Counted from the stretch's first letter, positions 28,569-39,179 are shown. The stretch: 64,000 nucleotides of DNA from an uncultured Pelagibacteraceae bacterium (GCA_902576785.1 CACGWC010000004.1:16340-80339), one strand, 5' to 3'. Numbers and translations are program-made. Notes: generated by a model not told the origin, from the sequence alone.

Positions 28569-29779
28569 TTAAATAATTCTAATAATGATTTTGCTTTGAT
28601 AAAGTTTTCATTAAATTCTTTTTTTGCTGCACTATCTAATACAACTCCAGATGCCGCAGATATTTCTGATGTATTTTTATAATTTAATATAGATCTTATT
28701 ATTATGTTAAATCTCATATCTTTATTAAATTTTATATAGCCAAAACTACCTGTAAAAATATTTCTATTCTCTTTTTCTTGTTGATTTAATAGTTCCAATG
28801 TTCTTATTTTAGGACAACCTATAACTGATCCACCTGGCATCATAGATCTGATAATATTTTTTATAGTCATGTTCTTTAATAAACTTCCAGATATAGTTGT
28901 AACATAGTGATATAAGTGCCTATATTCCTCAACATACTTTTCTTTATTAATTTTTACTGTTCCTGGAATACAAACTCTTGATAAATCACTCCTTTCCATA
29001 TCAACAATCATATTGTGTTCTTTGGTCTCTTTAGAATTATTTCTAAAAAACTTTAGAGCACTAGATCTGTTCGTTTTTTTACTTTTTCGTAATGTGCCAG
29101 CAATAGGCTTGGTAATGATTTTGTTACCTTTTTTTAATAATAAAGTTTCAGGTGAGCAGCTTACAATAGAATAGTTTTTATCTCTTATCATAAAAGATTC
29201 TGGTGAAGCATTTGACTTCATTAATCTCCAGAAAAAATTAATTGGATTTATTGAAGATTTATTACGATATTTTGTACAAATTTTTATTTGATATGTCTCT
29301 CCTTGTCTTATTTTTTTTGAAAAAATATCAAATATTTTTTTGTATTTTTGATATTTAATATTTAGTTTAAATGGTGATAAAATTTTAGTTGGTTTAAAAT
29401 AATTATTAAATTCGTGCTTTTTTTTATTTGAAAATATTGAAATATTATCTCTTATTTTAATGATTGTTTCTGGTTTGTAAAAAACTCCTTTATAAAAACC
29501 ATTTTTAGACTGTTTGCTAATTTTAATACCAAGTAAATAATTTAAAATTTCATATCCAAAAAAACCAACATATTGATCAGTTTCTTTTTTATATTTCATT
29601 TTCTCAAAAGAATTTAAAAATTTATGTATATTTTTTTTTGTTAAATTAATTTTTTTAGAAAAATCTGTATAAATGTCATAACCATTATCAACTTTGTAAA
29701 TTATCAGTGGCTTATCTGATTGATAAAGTTTTTCTAAATACGGGTTAAATTTAAGTTTATGCGATTTGCGGTCTTTCAA
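28565..29779 (-). CDS. pabB: Aminodeoxychorismate synthase component I (chorismate-binding)
   Basis: GETYQI, SPE, TKPIAGT, EHNMIVD.ER.DL, PGGSV.GCPK. Confidence 0.8.
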   Translation of the reverse strand: MKDRKSHKLKFNPYLEKLYQSDKPLIIYKVDNGYDIYTDFSKKINLTKKNIHKFLNSFEKMKYKKETDQYVGFFGYEILNYLLGIKISKQSKNGFYKGVFYKPETIIKIRDNISIFSNKKKHEFNNYFKPTKILSPFKLNIKYQKYKKIFDIFSKKIRQGETYQIKICTKYRNKSSINPINFFWRLMKSNASPESFMIRDKNYSIVSCSPETLLLKKGNKIITKPIAGTLRKSKKTNRSSALKFFRNNSKETKEHNMIVDMERSDLSRVCIPGTVKINKEKYVEEYRHLYHYVTTISGSLLKNMTIKNIIRSMMPGGSVIGCPKIRTLELLNQQEKENRNIFTGSFGYIKFNKDMRFNIIIRSILNYKNTSEISAASGVVLDSAAKKEFNENFIKAKSLLELFK

Positions 29780-30977
29780 TTGGCTTCTCTTTTATAGGTA
29801 AATGTATCAAACCAGCAAAAATAGATAATGCGATAGATATGTACCAAGCATAATCAAAATTGCCGTTAAGTTCGTAGAAAACTCCACTCAAATAAGCTCC
29901 TAAAAAAGATCCAATTTGATGACTTACAAAAACAATTCCATATAATAATCCGATATACTTAGTTCCAAATACCTTGCCTATTATTCCATTTGTTGGTGGA
30001 ACTGTTGATAGCCACAACATTCCAAAAGTTATTCCAAAGATTACTGAATTAAAAACACTTGGTGGTAGGAATATGAAATAAATAATTGATACTCCTCTTA
30101 GTAGATAAATTGCACTTAATAAAATTTTTTGACTGTATCTAGTTGCAAGATATCCACTTGTAATTGTTCCAACCATATTAAAAAGTCCAATTAACGCCAA
30201 AACCATAGCTGCACACCAATCTGGTAATCCTTTATCAATCATATAAGTGGGTATATGAGTTGCTACTAAAGCAATGTGCCAACCGCATACAAAGAAACCT
30301 AAAGTAAGATAGATGTAACTTTTATTTGAAAAAGCCTCTTTTAAAGCTTCTCTAGCTGTTTGATTGTTATTTTGATTTGTACCGACAGGTATTTTTGGTG
30401 TTGAAACAAATAATGCTACTATTAATCCTAGACCTAAAAAGAAACAGAAAAATAACATTGTATTTTCCCACCCATGTTCAACAAGTGAATATCTTGTGAT
30501 TAGTGGTGATATAAAATATCCAAAAGATCCTGCTGATGTTACTATGCCTGTTGCTATTGTTCTGCTTGATACTGGAAAATGTTTTGCAACAACTGAAACA
30601 GGTATACTGATTGCTGTGGATCCCAGTCCAACTCCAACTAATATTCCAATTGTTATAGTAAAATAATAACCAGTATTAAAACCTGAATAAAACAATAAAA
30701 TTGCTAACAAATAAAAAACAAATCCAATAAAAATTGCAATATTGCCACCATACTTGTCCGTAATAATTCCAAACATAGGACTGAAAACACCCCACAATAA
30801 GAGCTGTAATCCCATTGTAAAACCGAACTGTGTTATGGTGATATCTAAATCAGTCGCAAAATCAAAATAAAACATTCCAAAAGTTTGTCTTATTCCTAAT
30901 GCAATAATAACAACAACAGATGCAGCTATTACAGTAACTAATGCTTTTTTTGTTGGAAAAAATTTGGTGTCATTCAT
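29757..30977 (-). CDS. MFS transporter
   Basis: About 12 TM helices; GIRQTFG, G..TDKYG, GFFVCG.H, WLSTVPPT, SHQIGSF. Confidence 0.9.
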   Translation of the reverse strand: MNDTKFFPTKKALVTVIAASVVVIIALGIRQTFGMFYFDFATDLDITITQFGFTMGLQLLLWGVFSPMFGIITDKYGGNIAIFIGFVFYLLAILLFYSGFNTGYYFTITIGILVGVGLGSTAISIPVSVVAKHFPVSSRTIATGIVTSAGSFGYFISPLITRYSLVEHGWENTMLFFCFFLGLGLIVALFVSTPKIPVGTNQNNNQTAREALKEAFSNKSYIYLTLGFFVCGWHIALVATHIPTYMIDKGLPDWCAAMVLALIGLFNMVGTITSGYLATRYSQKILLSAIYLLRGVSIIYFIFLPPSVFNSVIFGITFGMLWLSTVPPTNGIIGKVFGTKYIGLLYGIVFVSHQIGSFLGAYLSGVFYELNGNFDYAWYISIALSIFAGLIHLPIKEKPIERPQIA

Positions 30978-32152
30978 CTTATAGATTTAATAGCCTGTTT
31001 AATGTCAGCAATCAAATCATTTGGGTCTTCTAAACCAATATGTAATCTTATAATATGTTCGTTATTACTCAGCTTTGTGTAGCTCCTGTTGCCCAGTGCC
31101 AATTTGTCTTGATATAAAGCAAGACTTTCAAATCCTCCCCAACTGTAACCATGGGCAAATAATTTTAATTTATTCAAAAATTTTATTACAGAGTTTTTAT
31201 TTTTAGAAATAATTTTTACACCCATTAACCCAGATGATCCTGAATAATACTTTTTCCACATTTTGTATTTTTTAATGTTTTTTTTAATTGGGTAAAAAAC
31301 CTCTTTAACTTTTTTTTGTTTGCTCAAAAAATTAGCTACCTTGATGGTATTTTCTTGATGTTTGTCTAACCTAATATCCAACGTTCTTAGTCCTCTAATA
31401 ATTAAGTAGGCATCATCAGGGCTTAGTCTTAAACCAACTGCTTTTTGACTTAATTCCACTTGCTTAAAAAGTCTTTTTTTAATAGCTAAACTGCCACCCA
31501 TGACATCTGAATGACCAGAGTAATATTTTGTCGCTGAAACTATAGACATATCAAAACCTAAGTCTAAAGGCTTGATTAAATAAGGTGTTCCCCATGTGTT
31601 ATCAATAGCTGTATAAATATTCTTATTCTTAGCAAAAGATAATATTTTTTTTAAATCTTGAAATTCAAATGTGTTACTTCCAGGGTTTTCAACAAAAATA
31701 AGTTTAGTCTTATTTGTAATTTTTTTTTTTAAGTCATCTAAGTTTTTTGGATCATAAAATACTGCTTTAATATTGAATTTTTTTAAATAGTCTTCGGTTA
31801 GAAATCTTGTAGGAGAGTATACCGAGTCTGTTATAATAATTTCATCACCAGGTCTTACAACACTAATCACTCCAAGAAAAACTGCACCAAATCCTGTTGG
31901 AGTTAAATAAACTTGATAAGCATTTTCAATTTTTCTTAACAGTTCTTGTAGTACAAAAGTTGTTGATGTTCCTTTTCTACCATAATCAAAATTTTTACTT
32001 AAAGGATTTTTTTTATAATTGCTTTGTGTTTTCTTTATATCTTGTAAAGTTTTAAATATTATTGTTGAAGCTCTTACTACTGGCGGATTAACTGATTGAT
32101 TTTGATAATCTTTTCCTACTTGTTTTAAAAAAGTTTTAACTGAATTAACCAT
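30974..32152 (-). CDS. metC: Cystathionine beta-lyase (Cys/Met PLP enzyme)
   Basis: VNPPV.RASTI, YGR.GT, DNTW, SATKY.SGHSD, GYSWGGFESL, RLHIGLED. Confidence 0.88.
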   Translation of the reverse strand: MVNSVKTFLKQVGKDYQNQSVNPPVVRASTIIFKTLQDIKKTQSNYKKNPLSKNFDYGRKGTSTTFVLQELLRKIENAYQVYLTPTGFGAVFLGVISVVRPGDEIIITDSVYSPTRFLTEDYLKKFNIKAVFYDPKNLDDLKKKITNKTKLIFVENPGSNTFEFQDLKKILSFAKNKNIYTAIDNTWGTPYLIKPLDLGFDMSIVSATKYYSGHSDVMGGSLAIKKRLFKQVELSQKAVGLRLSPDDAYLIIRGLRTLDIRLDKHQENTIKVANFLSKQKKVKEVFYPIKKNIKKYKMWKKYYSGSSGLMGVKIISKNKNSVIKFLNKLKLFAHGYSWGGFESLALYQDKLALGNRSYTKLSNNEHIIRLHIGLEDPNDLIADIKQAIKSIR

Positions 32153-32227
32153 AAAAAAATTGATTAGTTATATTTACAATGCTATATCCCTCGAATAAGT
32201 CAATAAAATTGTAAAACTAAGGAGATT

Positions 32228-32311
32228 ATGGGATACCCAAAAAAACATAGAGGTCGTAGAAAAATGGGCTCAAAAAAAAGAAGGGCAAGAAAAAAGAATA
32301 AGAAGAAATAA
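32228..32311 (+). CDS. Very small, highly basic protein (27 aa)
   Basis: AAGGAG RBS at 32219-32224, then MGYPKKHRGRRKMGSKKRRARKKNKKK. Confidence 0.6.
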   Translation: MGYPKKHRGRRKMGSKKRRARKKNKKK

Positions 32312-32320
32312 ATACCCAAA

Positions 32321-33100
32321 ATGAGCATACTTTCCAAAAGTAGATCTTTGGGGTTGCTAATTTTTATACTTTCTATTTTAAGTATAAATACAATATTAAT
32401 ACTTTCACAAATTTTTGAATTTAAAGAATTACCTACTCCCGGAAACTATTATAAAAATTTTAAAATATATAATGCGGGAGACGCTCTTCAAGACAAGCAA
32501 GGATTAAAAGAAAATGGTTTTGTAATTCCTTATATAGATGGATCAACCTCAATTAGTCGACTTGGAAGAGTTTTTCCAAATAATATTATTTTCAAACCAC
32601 TGATGATTTGCTCTGGTTTTTTAATTTGTATATTTTGGACTTACCAAAGAAAATTGTTTTCAGTTTTTAGTAATAATGAAAAATATTTAAAAAAAATGTA
32701 TATTTGTGGGGTAATCACAGGTATTTTACTTGTGATACACATCTCCTTATTAGGTTTCAAAATTGATAACGATTTTTATAAGTTATTTGTAAGGATTGTA
32801 CTTGGTCTATGTGTTTTGTCAGGAATTTTTAGTAAAATTTTATTCGTAAATAACATACAAAATCTTTTAAAAAAAAATATATTGCGGAACAACATATATT
32901 TTAAAATACAATTTTACCTAGTTTATTCTCTTCTATTAATATTATTAATATCAATTGTTTTAGCTTTATTTGGTTTACCTAAATCATTTGTATTAATTAT
33001 CGAGTGGAATTATTTTATTTTATTATTTTTTTTTTATTTTTTATATTTTCTCTCTTGGAAAAATTATTCTTTTATCCATCCCCCACCTAATACCTTATAA
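32321..33100 (+). CDS. Multi-pass membrane hypothetical protein
   Basis: About 6 TM helices, IPYIDG.TSISR motif, C-terminal IEWN. Confidence 0.7.
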   Translation: MSILSKSRSLGLLIFILSILSINTILILSQIFEFKELPTPGNYYKNFKIYNAGDALQDKQGLKENGFVIPYIDGSTSISRLGRVFPNNIIFKPLMICSGFLICIFWTYQRKLFSVFSNNEKYLKKMYICGVITGILLVIHISLLGFKIDNDFYKLFVRIVLGLCVLSGIFSKILFVNNIQNLLKKNILRNNIYFKIQFYLVYSLLLILLISIVLALFGLPKSFVLIIEWNYFILLFFFYFLYFLSWKNYSFIHPPPNTL

Positions 33101-34182
33101 CCAAATTGATCTTTTTTATAAAAAACACATGCCTGACCTGGGGATATACCATCTTCGGAGTCATCTAAATTTACTTCGGCGCTATCCTCATTTAAAAGAT
33201 TTATATTAGAACTTAATAACTTACCAGTAGATCTGACTTTAACCAGTATATTTTTACTTAATTCGTTTTTATCAGTTAGTAGATTTATATTTTTTAAATT
33301 AATTTTTTTTTTCCCAAGATGTTCTCTTCCTCCTACGATTATCTCGTTATTTTCTGCATCAATTTTAATTACATATAATGCTTCTTTGTCAGCTACTTTT
33401 ATTCCTTTTCTTTGCCCAATAGTAAAATTAACAATCCCATCATGTACACCGATTACTTCACCATTCAAATTTTTAATATTGCCTTTTTTTAATGATTCTG
33501 GTTTATATTTTTTTATTACAGATGAATAATCTCCGTTAGGAACAAAACATATGTCTTGACTATCCGGTTTATCTGCAACATTTAAATTTAGATTTTTTGC
33601 TATGTCTCTAGTTTCTTTTTTTAACATCCCTCCCAATGGAAAACGTAAATAATTTAATTGTTCTCTAGTTGTATTGAAAAGAAAATAACTTTGATCTCTA
33701 TTTTCATCTATTGCCCTATACATATTATTCTTTTTATTGATTGTTATGTTTTTTACATAATGACCTGTAATCAAAGCATCAGCTTTTAAATCTTTAGCAA
33801 CATCAAATAAATCTTTAAATTTAACAGTTTGATTACACTGTACACATGGTATTGGAGTTTCTCCTTTTAAGTAGCTTTCTACAAAATTATCAATAACTCC
33901 TTGCTTAAATTTATCTTGGTAATAAAGAATTTTATGATCAATATCTAACTTATGAGCAACTCTTTTTGCATCTATAACATCTTGTCCTGAGCAACAAACT
34001 TTTGATTTAACAACTTCTTTACTATCGTTGTACAGTTTTAAAGTTATACCAGTAACATTATAACCTTGCATTTTCATTAAACCTGCAACAGTAGATGAAT
34101 CTACACCACCAGACATCGCTACAATTACTTTTGTATCAGACGGTTTCTTGTTTAATCCAATTGAGTTTAACTCTAAATTCAT
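33064..34182 (-). CDS. mnmA: tRNA 2-thiouridine(34) synthase
   Basis: [49 protein letters not shown]. Confidence 0.96.
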   Translation of the reverse strand: MNLELNSIGLNKKPSDTKVIVAMSGGVDSSTVAGLMKMQGYNVTGITLKLYNDSKEVVKSKVCCSGQDVIDAKRVAHKLDIDHKILYYQDKFKQGVIDNFVESYLKGETPIPCVQCNQTVKFKDLFDVAKDLKADALITGHYVKNITINKKNNMYRAIDENRDQSYFLFNTTREQLNYLRFPLGGMLKKETRDIAKNLNLNVADKPDSQDICFVPNGDYSSVIKKYKPESLKKGNIKNLNGEVIGVHDGIVNFTIGQRKGIKVADKEALYVIKIDAENNEIIVGGREHLGKKKINLKNINLLTDKNELSKNILVKVRSTGKLLSSNINLLNEDSAEVNLDDSEDGISPGQACVFYKKDQFGYKVLGGGWIKE

Positions 34183-34223
34183 GTGGTGGTATTTATACTC
34201 ATTTCTATTATAAGTAAAATCAA

Positions 34224-34391
34224 ATGATTTTAGATTTTGAACCAGGTGATAAGGTTATAAATCCTAATAACAAAGATTGGGGAATAGGACAAGTGCAATC
34301 TATTATTAAGGAAAAAGTAACTGTAAATTTCGAAAATGTTGGAAAAAAAGTTATCAATGCTAAAAATATCGAATTAGAAAAATTAGAATAA
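34224..34391 (+). CDS. DUF3553-like small protein
   Basis: Hand translation [55 protein letters not shown]; stop abuts the cysQ start. Confidence 0.8.
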   Translation: MILDFEPGDKVINPNNKDWGIGQVQSIIKEKVTVNFENVGKKVINAKNIELEKLE

Positions 34392-35162
34392 ATGAAACAA
34401 ATCGAAATAAAAGAAGCTATAGAAAAACTGATTGATACTTTTTTATACGCAGGAAAAATCTCGATAGAATTAAGGGAAAAAGGATTAAAAAAAGAAATTA
34501 AAGAAGATAACACACCTGTTAGCAATGGTGATCTCGAAGTTAATAGAATTTTAACTGAAAGAATAAATGATTTAACTCCTCAAATACCTATTGTGTCAGA
34601 AGAAACTAGTCATAATAAATCCAAAAAAGATTTAAAAAATTTTTGGCTAATAGATCCAATTGATGGTACTTATGATTACATTAATGATCTTGACGAATTT
34701 ACTTTAAATGCTGGTTTAATTATTAATAATCGAGCAGTAGCAGGCATAATATATGCACCCGCTAAAAGTAGATTATTTTATTCTTATGAGAAAGGTTGTT
34801 CATTTGAAATAATTAATAATAAACATGTAAAATTAGACTGTTCAAAGACTTCAAATAATAAACTTAAATTTGTATCATATTCAAATAAACTAAAACCTGA
34901 AATTAACAAGATATATCAATCAATGAATGTTAGCGAATTTAAAAGGATGAAAAGTTCTTTAAAATTTTGTGTAATAGCTTCAAATGAATATGACGGATAT
35001 GTTGCAGAGCCTAGAGCATGTGAATGGGATATAGCAGCTGGGCATGCTATTCTTGAAAATGCAGGGGGTATAGTTACAGATTTTGAGGGAAATGAAATAC
35101 TTTACGGAAAAGAAAATTTTAAAAATCCCAGTATAATTCTGAAAAGAAATAAAAATATATAA
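34392..35162 (+). CDS. cysQ: 3'(2'),5'-bisphosphate nucleotidase (inositol monophosphatase family)
   Basis: SEE, WLIDPIDGT, SSLKFC, EWDIAAGHAIL..AGG. Confidence 0.85.
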   Translation: MKQIEIKEAIEKLIDTFLYAGKISIELREKGLKKEIKEDNTPVSNGDLEVNRILTERINDLTPQIPIVSEETSHNKSKKDLKNFWLIDPIDGTYDYINDLDEFTLNAGLIINNRAVAGIIYAPAKSRLFYSYEKGCSFEIINNKHVKLDCSKTSNNKLKFVSYSNKLKPEINKIYQSMNVSEFKRMKSSLKFCVIASNEYDGYVAEPRACEWDIAAGHAILENAGGIVTDFEGNEILYGKENFKNPSIILKRNKNI

Positions 35163-35311
35163 TGAGTGAACAATTAAGAATAATATTAATTATAATAGTT
35201 TCTGTATCAATTTTTGGATTAATAGTATTTGTGATTGTAAAAAACTATATCAAAAGTAAAATTCAGTATTATTTAGAAGAAAAGAATAAAAATTCTAAAG
35301 AAGATTTATAA
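35162..35311 (+). CDS. Small single-TM protein (49 aa)
   Basis: ATG overlaps the cysQ stop; MSEQLRIILIIIVSVSIFGLIVFVIVKNYIKSK... Confidence 0.5.
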   Translation: MSEQLRIILIIIVSVSIFGLIVFVIVKNYIKSKIQYYLEEKNKNSKEDL

Positions 35312-35858
35312 TTTTTAAATATTCCTCTTTATCTAGTTCCATTACTCTCCTAGAAACCTCAAAATCAAATCCAGATCTTGCCAATATACCAATATCTTTT
35401 TTATAGAATAAAGGTCTATTATCTTCAGTTCTTGAAGGACCAATTCTTTTTTTTTTACAAACTTTTATGGCAGAGAAAAAATCTTGATCTTCATTATTTT
35501 CATTAATTTGATCAATTGTATTTTTTATATATTTTTCTCCAACTCCTTTACTTATTAAATAATTTCTAATCTTATTTATTGATGAACCTCTTTGGATTAG
35601 ACTTTTTGCTTTTGTTTCTGAATAAAATTTATCATTTATAAATTTAGATTTTTCTAAATCTTCAGCTACAATCTCGATTAGATCTGAAATATTGCTTCTT
35701 TTAACGTTATCAACTTTAGATCTTAAATATTTCTTTAAAAGATATGTTTTTAGCTGTTGTTTTGACGGTGCAAATTTTTCTACATAATTAAGTGCAAAGT
35801 TGCGCATTTCATCAATTGTCGCTTCTAAGTTTTTTTTTTTATTTTTTATAGGAATCAT
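35295..35858 (-). CDS. recX: RecX family regulatory protein
   Basis: A..Y..K...S...L...L, INDKFY, RGSS..KI..YL..KGV, LARSGF; start placed at MIPIK. Confidence 0.8.
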   Translation of the reverse strand: MIPIKNKKKNLEATIDEMRNFALNYVEKFAPSKQQLKTYLLKKYLRSKVDNVKRSNISDLIEIVAEDLEKSKFINDKFYSETKAKSLIQRGSSINKIRNYLISKGVGEKYIKNTIDQINENNEDQDFFSAIKVCKKKRIGPSRTEDNRPLFYKKDIGILARSGFDFEVSRRVMELDKEEYLKIINLL

Positions 35859-35885
35859 TATTGCATTTAATATAATATAACCCGG

Positions 35886-36359
35886 ATGATTGAACAAATA
35901 TCTGCATTTTTCACAGTAGAAATGATCTATATGTGGTTGAACATAGGTGTAATACCTTTTTGGTTAATGCTTATTATTTTTCCACAAACTAAAGTTTGTG
36001 GTTTATTTGTTACATCAATAATTCCAACATTTATTTTGGCAAGTGTTTATGTTTATCTATTATATATATTCTTTTTTGTCGGATATGATTTTGATAAAAA
36101 CTTTATTTTATATTTAAGTTTTTATGATCTAGCTGAACTTTTTGAGAATAATGAGTTTTTAATTTTATTTTGGACGCACTTTTTAGCTATAAATTTGTTT
36201 TGTGGATCGTGGATTGTTAGAGATAGCCAGAGGTTTTATATGTCAAAAATTCTAGTCTTTTTTCCCTTAATAATCACATATTTTATTGGTCCTTTAGGAT
36301 TATTTATATATTGGGTGATAAGAATTTTTTTCGCAAAGAGAATAAGTTTATTTGATTAA
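35886..36359 (+). CDS. ABA4-like (DUF4281) membrane protein
   Basis: PFW.LI..P, WTHFLA.NLF.G.WI, GPLGL. Confidence 0.8.
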   Translation: MIEQISAFFTVEMIYMWLNIGVIPFWLMLIIFPQTKVCGLFVTSIIPTFILASVYVYLLYIFFFVGYDFDKNFILYLSFYDLAELFENNEFLILFWTHFLAINLFCGSWIVRDSQRFYMSKILVFFPLIITYFIGPLGLFIYWVIRIFFAKRISLFD

Positions 36360-36362
36360 TTT

Positions 36363-36749
36363 TTATTTCTCTACTTTAAAGCCACTGCTCTTCATTTGAG
36401 AAAAGCCACCATCTATATGTGAAATTTTTTCAAACCCCATATCTTTCAATGATTTTGTAGCTAGTGCAGATCTTAGTCCACCTGCACAAAATAAAACCAT
36501 TTCTTTGTTCATATCTATCTTGCCTTCTTTAAAGTAAGGACTATCTGGATCCATCCAAAACTCTAACATTCCTCTAGGAATGTGATGAGAATTTTCTATT
36601 CTTCCCATTTTCTCAAGTTCTCGAATATCTCTTATGTCAATTAAATTGCATTTATCACTGTTTACCATCTCTAATGCTTCCGTTGGGGAAAGTGTCTTGA
36701 TTTCTGTCAAAGCTTCTGCGACCAATGTTTGTGCTGATTTAATACTCAT
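36363..36749 (-). CDS. Rhodanese-like domain protein
   Basis: IDIRD..E, HIPRGMLEFW, FCAGGLRSALA, IDGG. Confidence 0.9.
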   Translation of the reverse strand: MSIKSAQTLVAEALTEIKTLSPTEALEMVNSDKCNLIDIRDIRELEKMGRIENSHHIPRGMLEFWMDPDSPYFKEGKIDMNKEMVLFCAGGLRSALATKSLKDMGFEKISHIDGGFSQMKSSGFKVEK

Positions 36750-36792
36750 AAAGGTTTAATACATCATTATAAATTTTAATCTACGAAAAAAT

Positions 36793-37242
36793 ATGGCAAA
36801 TAAAGCTCCTAATTTCAAAATCCCATCAACTAATTCAAAACTTTTAGAGTTAAAGAAAATCAAAAGCAAATATATAGTTTTATATTTCTATCCAAAGGAT
36901 AATACGCCAGGCTGCACAATTGAAACAAAAGACTTCAATTCTCTACTTTCACAATTTAAAAAATTAAACTGCGAAGTTATTGGTATTTCTAAAGATAGTA
37001 TGGAAAGTCACAAAAAATTTAGAGATAAATTTAAAATTAAATTTGATTTGGTAGCAGATGTAAAAAAAGAAGCGATTAAAGCTTACAAAGTTTGGGGTAA
37101 AAAAAAATTCATGGGTAGAGAATTTATGGGATTAATAAGAAGTACATTTTTATTAAAAGATGACAAAATTATTAAAGAGTGGCGTTCAGTAAAAGTTAAA
37201 GACCACGCAAAAGAAGTGTTAGAATTTTTAAAAACAGTTTAA
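36793..37242 (+). CDS. bcp: Peroxiredoxin Bcp/PrxQ
   Basis: YFYPKDNTPGCT.E, GISKD, RSTFL. Confidence 0.92.
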   Translation: MANKAPNFKIPSTNSKLLELKKIKSKYIVLYFYPKDNTPGCTIETKDFNSLLSQFKKLNCEVIGISKDSMESHKKFRDKFKIKFDLVADVKKEAIKAYKVWGKKKFMGREFMGLIRSTFLLKDDKIIKEWRSVKVKDHAKEVLEFLKTV

Positions 37243-37244
37243 TA

Positions 37245-37273
37245 AAAAAAGGCCCCATTTATGGGGCCTTTTT
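37245..37273. terminator. Bidirectional Rho-independent terminator between bcp and amtB
   Basis: aaaaaa-ggccccat-tt-atggggcc-ttttt. Confidence 0.85.
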
Positions 37274-37300
37274 AGTTTAACTTAAGGGAGGGAGTTAAAT

Positions 37301-38602
37301 TTAGTCTCTTATAGCGTAAGCTATTACACCAGTTTCAGTTACGTCTGTACCTTTCAGTTCAGCCTCTTTACTTAATCTGATACCCATAGTGTTTTTCATA
37401 ATTGCCCATACAATGTATGATACTACAAAAACAAATGCGTTGATCGAGATTACACCGATTAACTGTGCGCTAAAATTTGCGTCAGAGTTTGTTAATGGAA
37501 CAGCTAATGTTCCCCAAACTCCAGCAAATAAGTGAGCTGGTATTGCACCAACAACATCGTCAATCTTAAATGAGAATAATAGTTTTGTTCCAAACACTAC
37601 TATCAATCCACCGATTGCACCGATGAATATTGCTGCTATAGGTGCTGGCGCTAATGGTTCAGCTGTTATTGCAACTAATCCACCAATCGCACCGTTAAGC
37701 ATTTGAACTACATCAGTTTTACCATACATTAATCTAGTAATTACTGCTGCTGCTAAAACACCACCACACGCTGCTAAGTTTGTATTAATAAATATGTTTG
37801 ATACAGCTACTGCATCATCGAAAGTTCCCATAGCAAGCTGTGAACCACCGTTGAAACCGAACCAACCTAACCATAAAATAAATACTCCAACTGTTACCAA
37901 AGGTATAGAAGAAGCAGCAAATGGTCTCATTGGCTTAGCTGCACCTGATTTATCAAATCTTCCTGTTCTTGCACCTAACAACATAGCACCTGCTAAAGCT
38001 GCAGCACCACCAGTTGAGTGTACAAGAGTTGAACCAGCAAAATCAGAGAAACCTAAAGCGGCTAACCAGCCACCACCCCACTGCCATCCCATGACAATTG
38101 GATAAATGATTCCTGATAAAATTGCTGCAAATAAGAAGAAAGGCCATAATTTAATTCTTTCTGCTAACGTACCAGATACAATTGATACTGTTGTTGCACA
38201 GAATACCATTTGGAAATACCAATCCGAACCATCTGCATATCCTGTATCAACAGCACTTGCATCAGACCACGGAGTGAATGTTCCTATATAGCCACCTTCT
38301 GGAATTCCATATGCTAGATTATAACCTACCATCCAGAACATAATTCCAGCGATTGAAAATAATCCTATATTTTTTGCACAAATTACAGATACACTTTTTG
38401 AAGTTACCATTCCTGATTCTAGCATCGCAAATCCGCAAGCCATAAACATGACAAGAAAACCACAAACTAAAAATAGAAATGTATTAAAAATAAATCCAAC
38501 TTCTGCAGAGACTGTAGATTCGGCATAACCTACACTTGTCATGTTTAGTAAGAAAAACAAACTTACTAAAGGACCGACAAGTTTTTTTAAATGTTTAGTC
38601 AT
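37301..38602 (-). CDS. amtB: Ammonium transporter
   Basis: FQMVFCAT, SG.LAER, DFAGSTLVH, LWLGWFGFNGGS, NGAIGGLVAITA, DDVVGAIPAH. Confidence 0.95.
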   Translation of the reverse strand: MTKHLKKLVGPLVSLFFLLNMTSVGYAESTVSAEVGFIFNTFLFLVCGFLVMFMACGFAMLESGMVTSKSVSVICAKNIGLFSIAGIMFWMVGYNLAYGIPEGGYIGTFTPWSDASAVDTGYADGSDWYFQMVFCATTVSIVSGTLAERIKLWPFFLFAAILSGIIYPIVMGWQWGGGWLAALGFSDFAGSTLVHSTGGAAALAGAMLLGARTGRFDKSGAAKPMRPFAASSIPLVTVGVFILWLGWFGFNGGSQLAMGTFDDAVAVSNIFINTNLAACGGVLAAAVITRLMYGKTDVVQMLNGAIGGLVAITAEPLAPAPIAAIFIGAIGGLIVVFGTKLLFSFKIDDVVGAIPAHLFAGVWGTLAVPLTNSDANFSAQLIGVISINAFVFVVSYIVWAIMKNTMGIRLSKEAELKGTDVTETGVIAYAIRD

Positions 38603-38700
38603 TTAACCTCCATTGTTAAAAAGAGGTTCTTATAATTTTAAAATAAATAAAAACTAATGATTGTTGTTAAAAATAGATATGCAGTTTTTGCATGTAGAAA

Positions 38701-38740
38701 CAGCCTTTATTAAATGTTTTAGCATTCCTAATAAAGGCTG
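38701..38740. terminator. Stem-loop downstream of the HU gene
   Basis: 12-bp perfect inverted repeat cagcctttatta / taataaaggctg. Confidence 0.55.
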
Positions 38741-38751
38741 TTAAATGAGTT

Positions 38752-39027
38752 TTACTTGTTAAATACTTCTTTAAGTGCTTTAGCAGGCAAAAACTTTACC
38801 TTTTGAGAAGCAGCGATTTGGATTTGCTCTCCAGTTCTTGGATTACGTCCAATTCGGGCTTTTCTTTTAGCCACTTTATATGTACCAAAACCTGCAATCT
38901 TTACAGAATCGTCGTTTTTCAACGCATCTAGTATAGTATTCGTAATAGTATCAAAAGTACGCTCTGCATCAGCTTTACTTTGATTTAACGAACCAGCTAG
39001 CTTTGCTACTAATTGTTTTTTGTTCAT
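38752..39027 (-). CDS. hup: HU family DNA-binding protein
   Basis: MNKKQLV, GFGT, RKARIGRNPRTGE, F.PAK.LK. Confidence 0.95.
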   Translation of the reverse strand: MNKKQLVAKLAGSLNQSKADAERTFDTITNTILDALKNDDSVKIAGFGTYKVAKRKARIGRNPRTGEQIQIAASQKVKFLPAKALKEVFNK

Positions 39028-39116
39028 TTTAGCTCCGGTTTTAAAGGTTTATGAAACTATACTTAACAAAATCATTGATAATTCAAGCTTTTTTTTAGTA
39101 TATATTTTTTTTTGAA

Positions 39117-39132
39117 CAACAATATATAGTGG
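39117..39132. promoter_or_regulatory. NrdR-box-like palindrome upstream of HU
   Basis: caaCaAtATaTaGtgg matches the core of the consensus acaCwAtATaTwGtgt. Confidence 0.4.
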
Positions 39133-39179
39133 TAAAAAAAGTCAATAAATACAATGTTTTTTTAGCTATTAAAAAAGCC

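Noticed and set aside
27272-32152. Extreme Lys/Asn richness of pabABC and metC as a sign of foreign origin or decay
   Set aside because: Catalytic motifs are intact; consistent with AT drift in weakly expressed genes
34220-34525. 101-aa minus-strand ORF
   Set aside because: Overlaps the plus-strand DUF3553-like gene and cysQ, which are better supported
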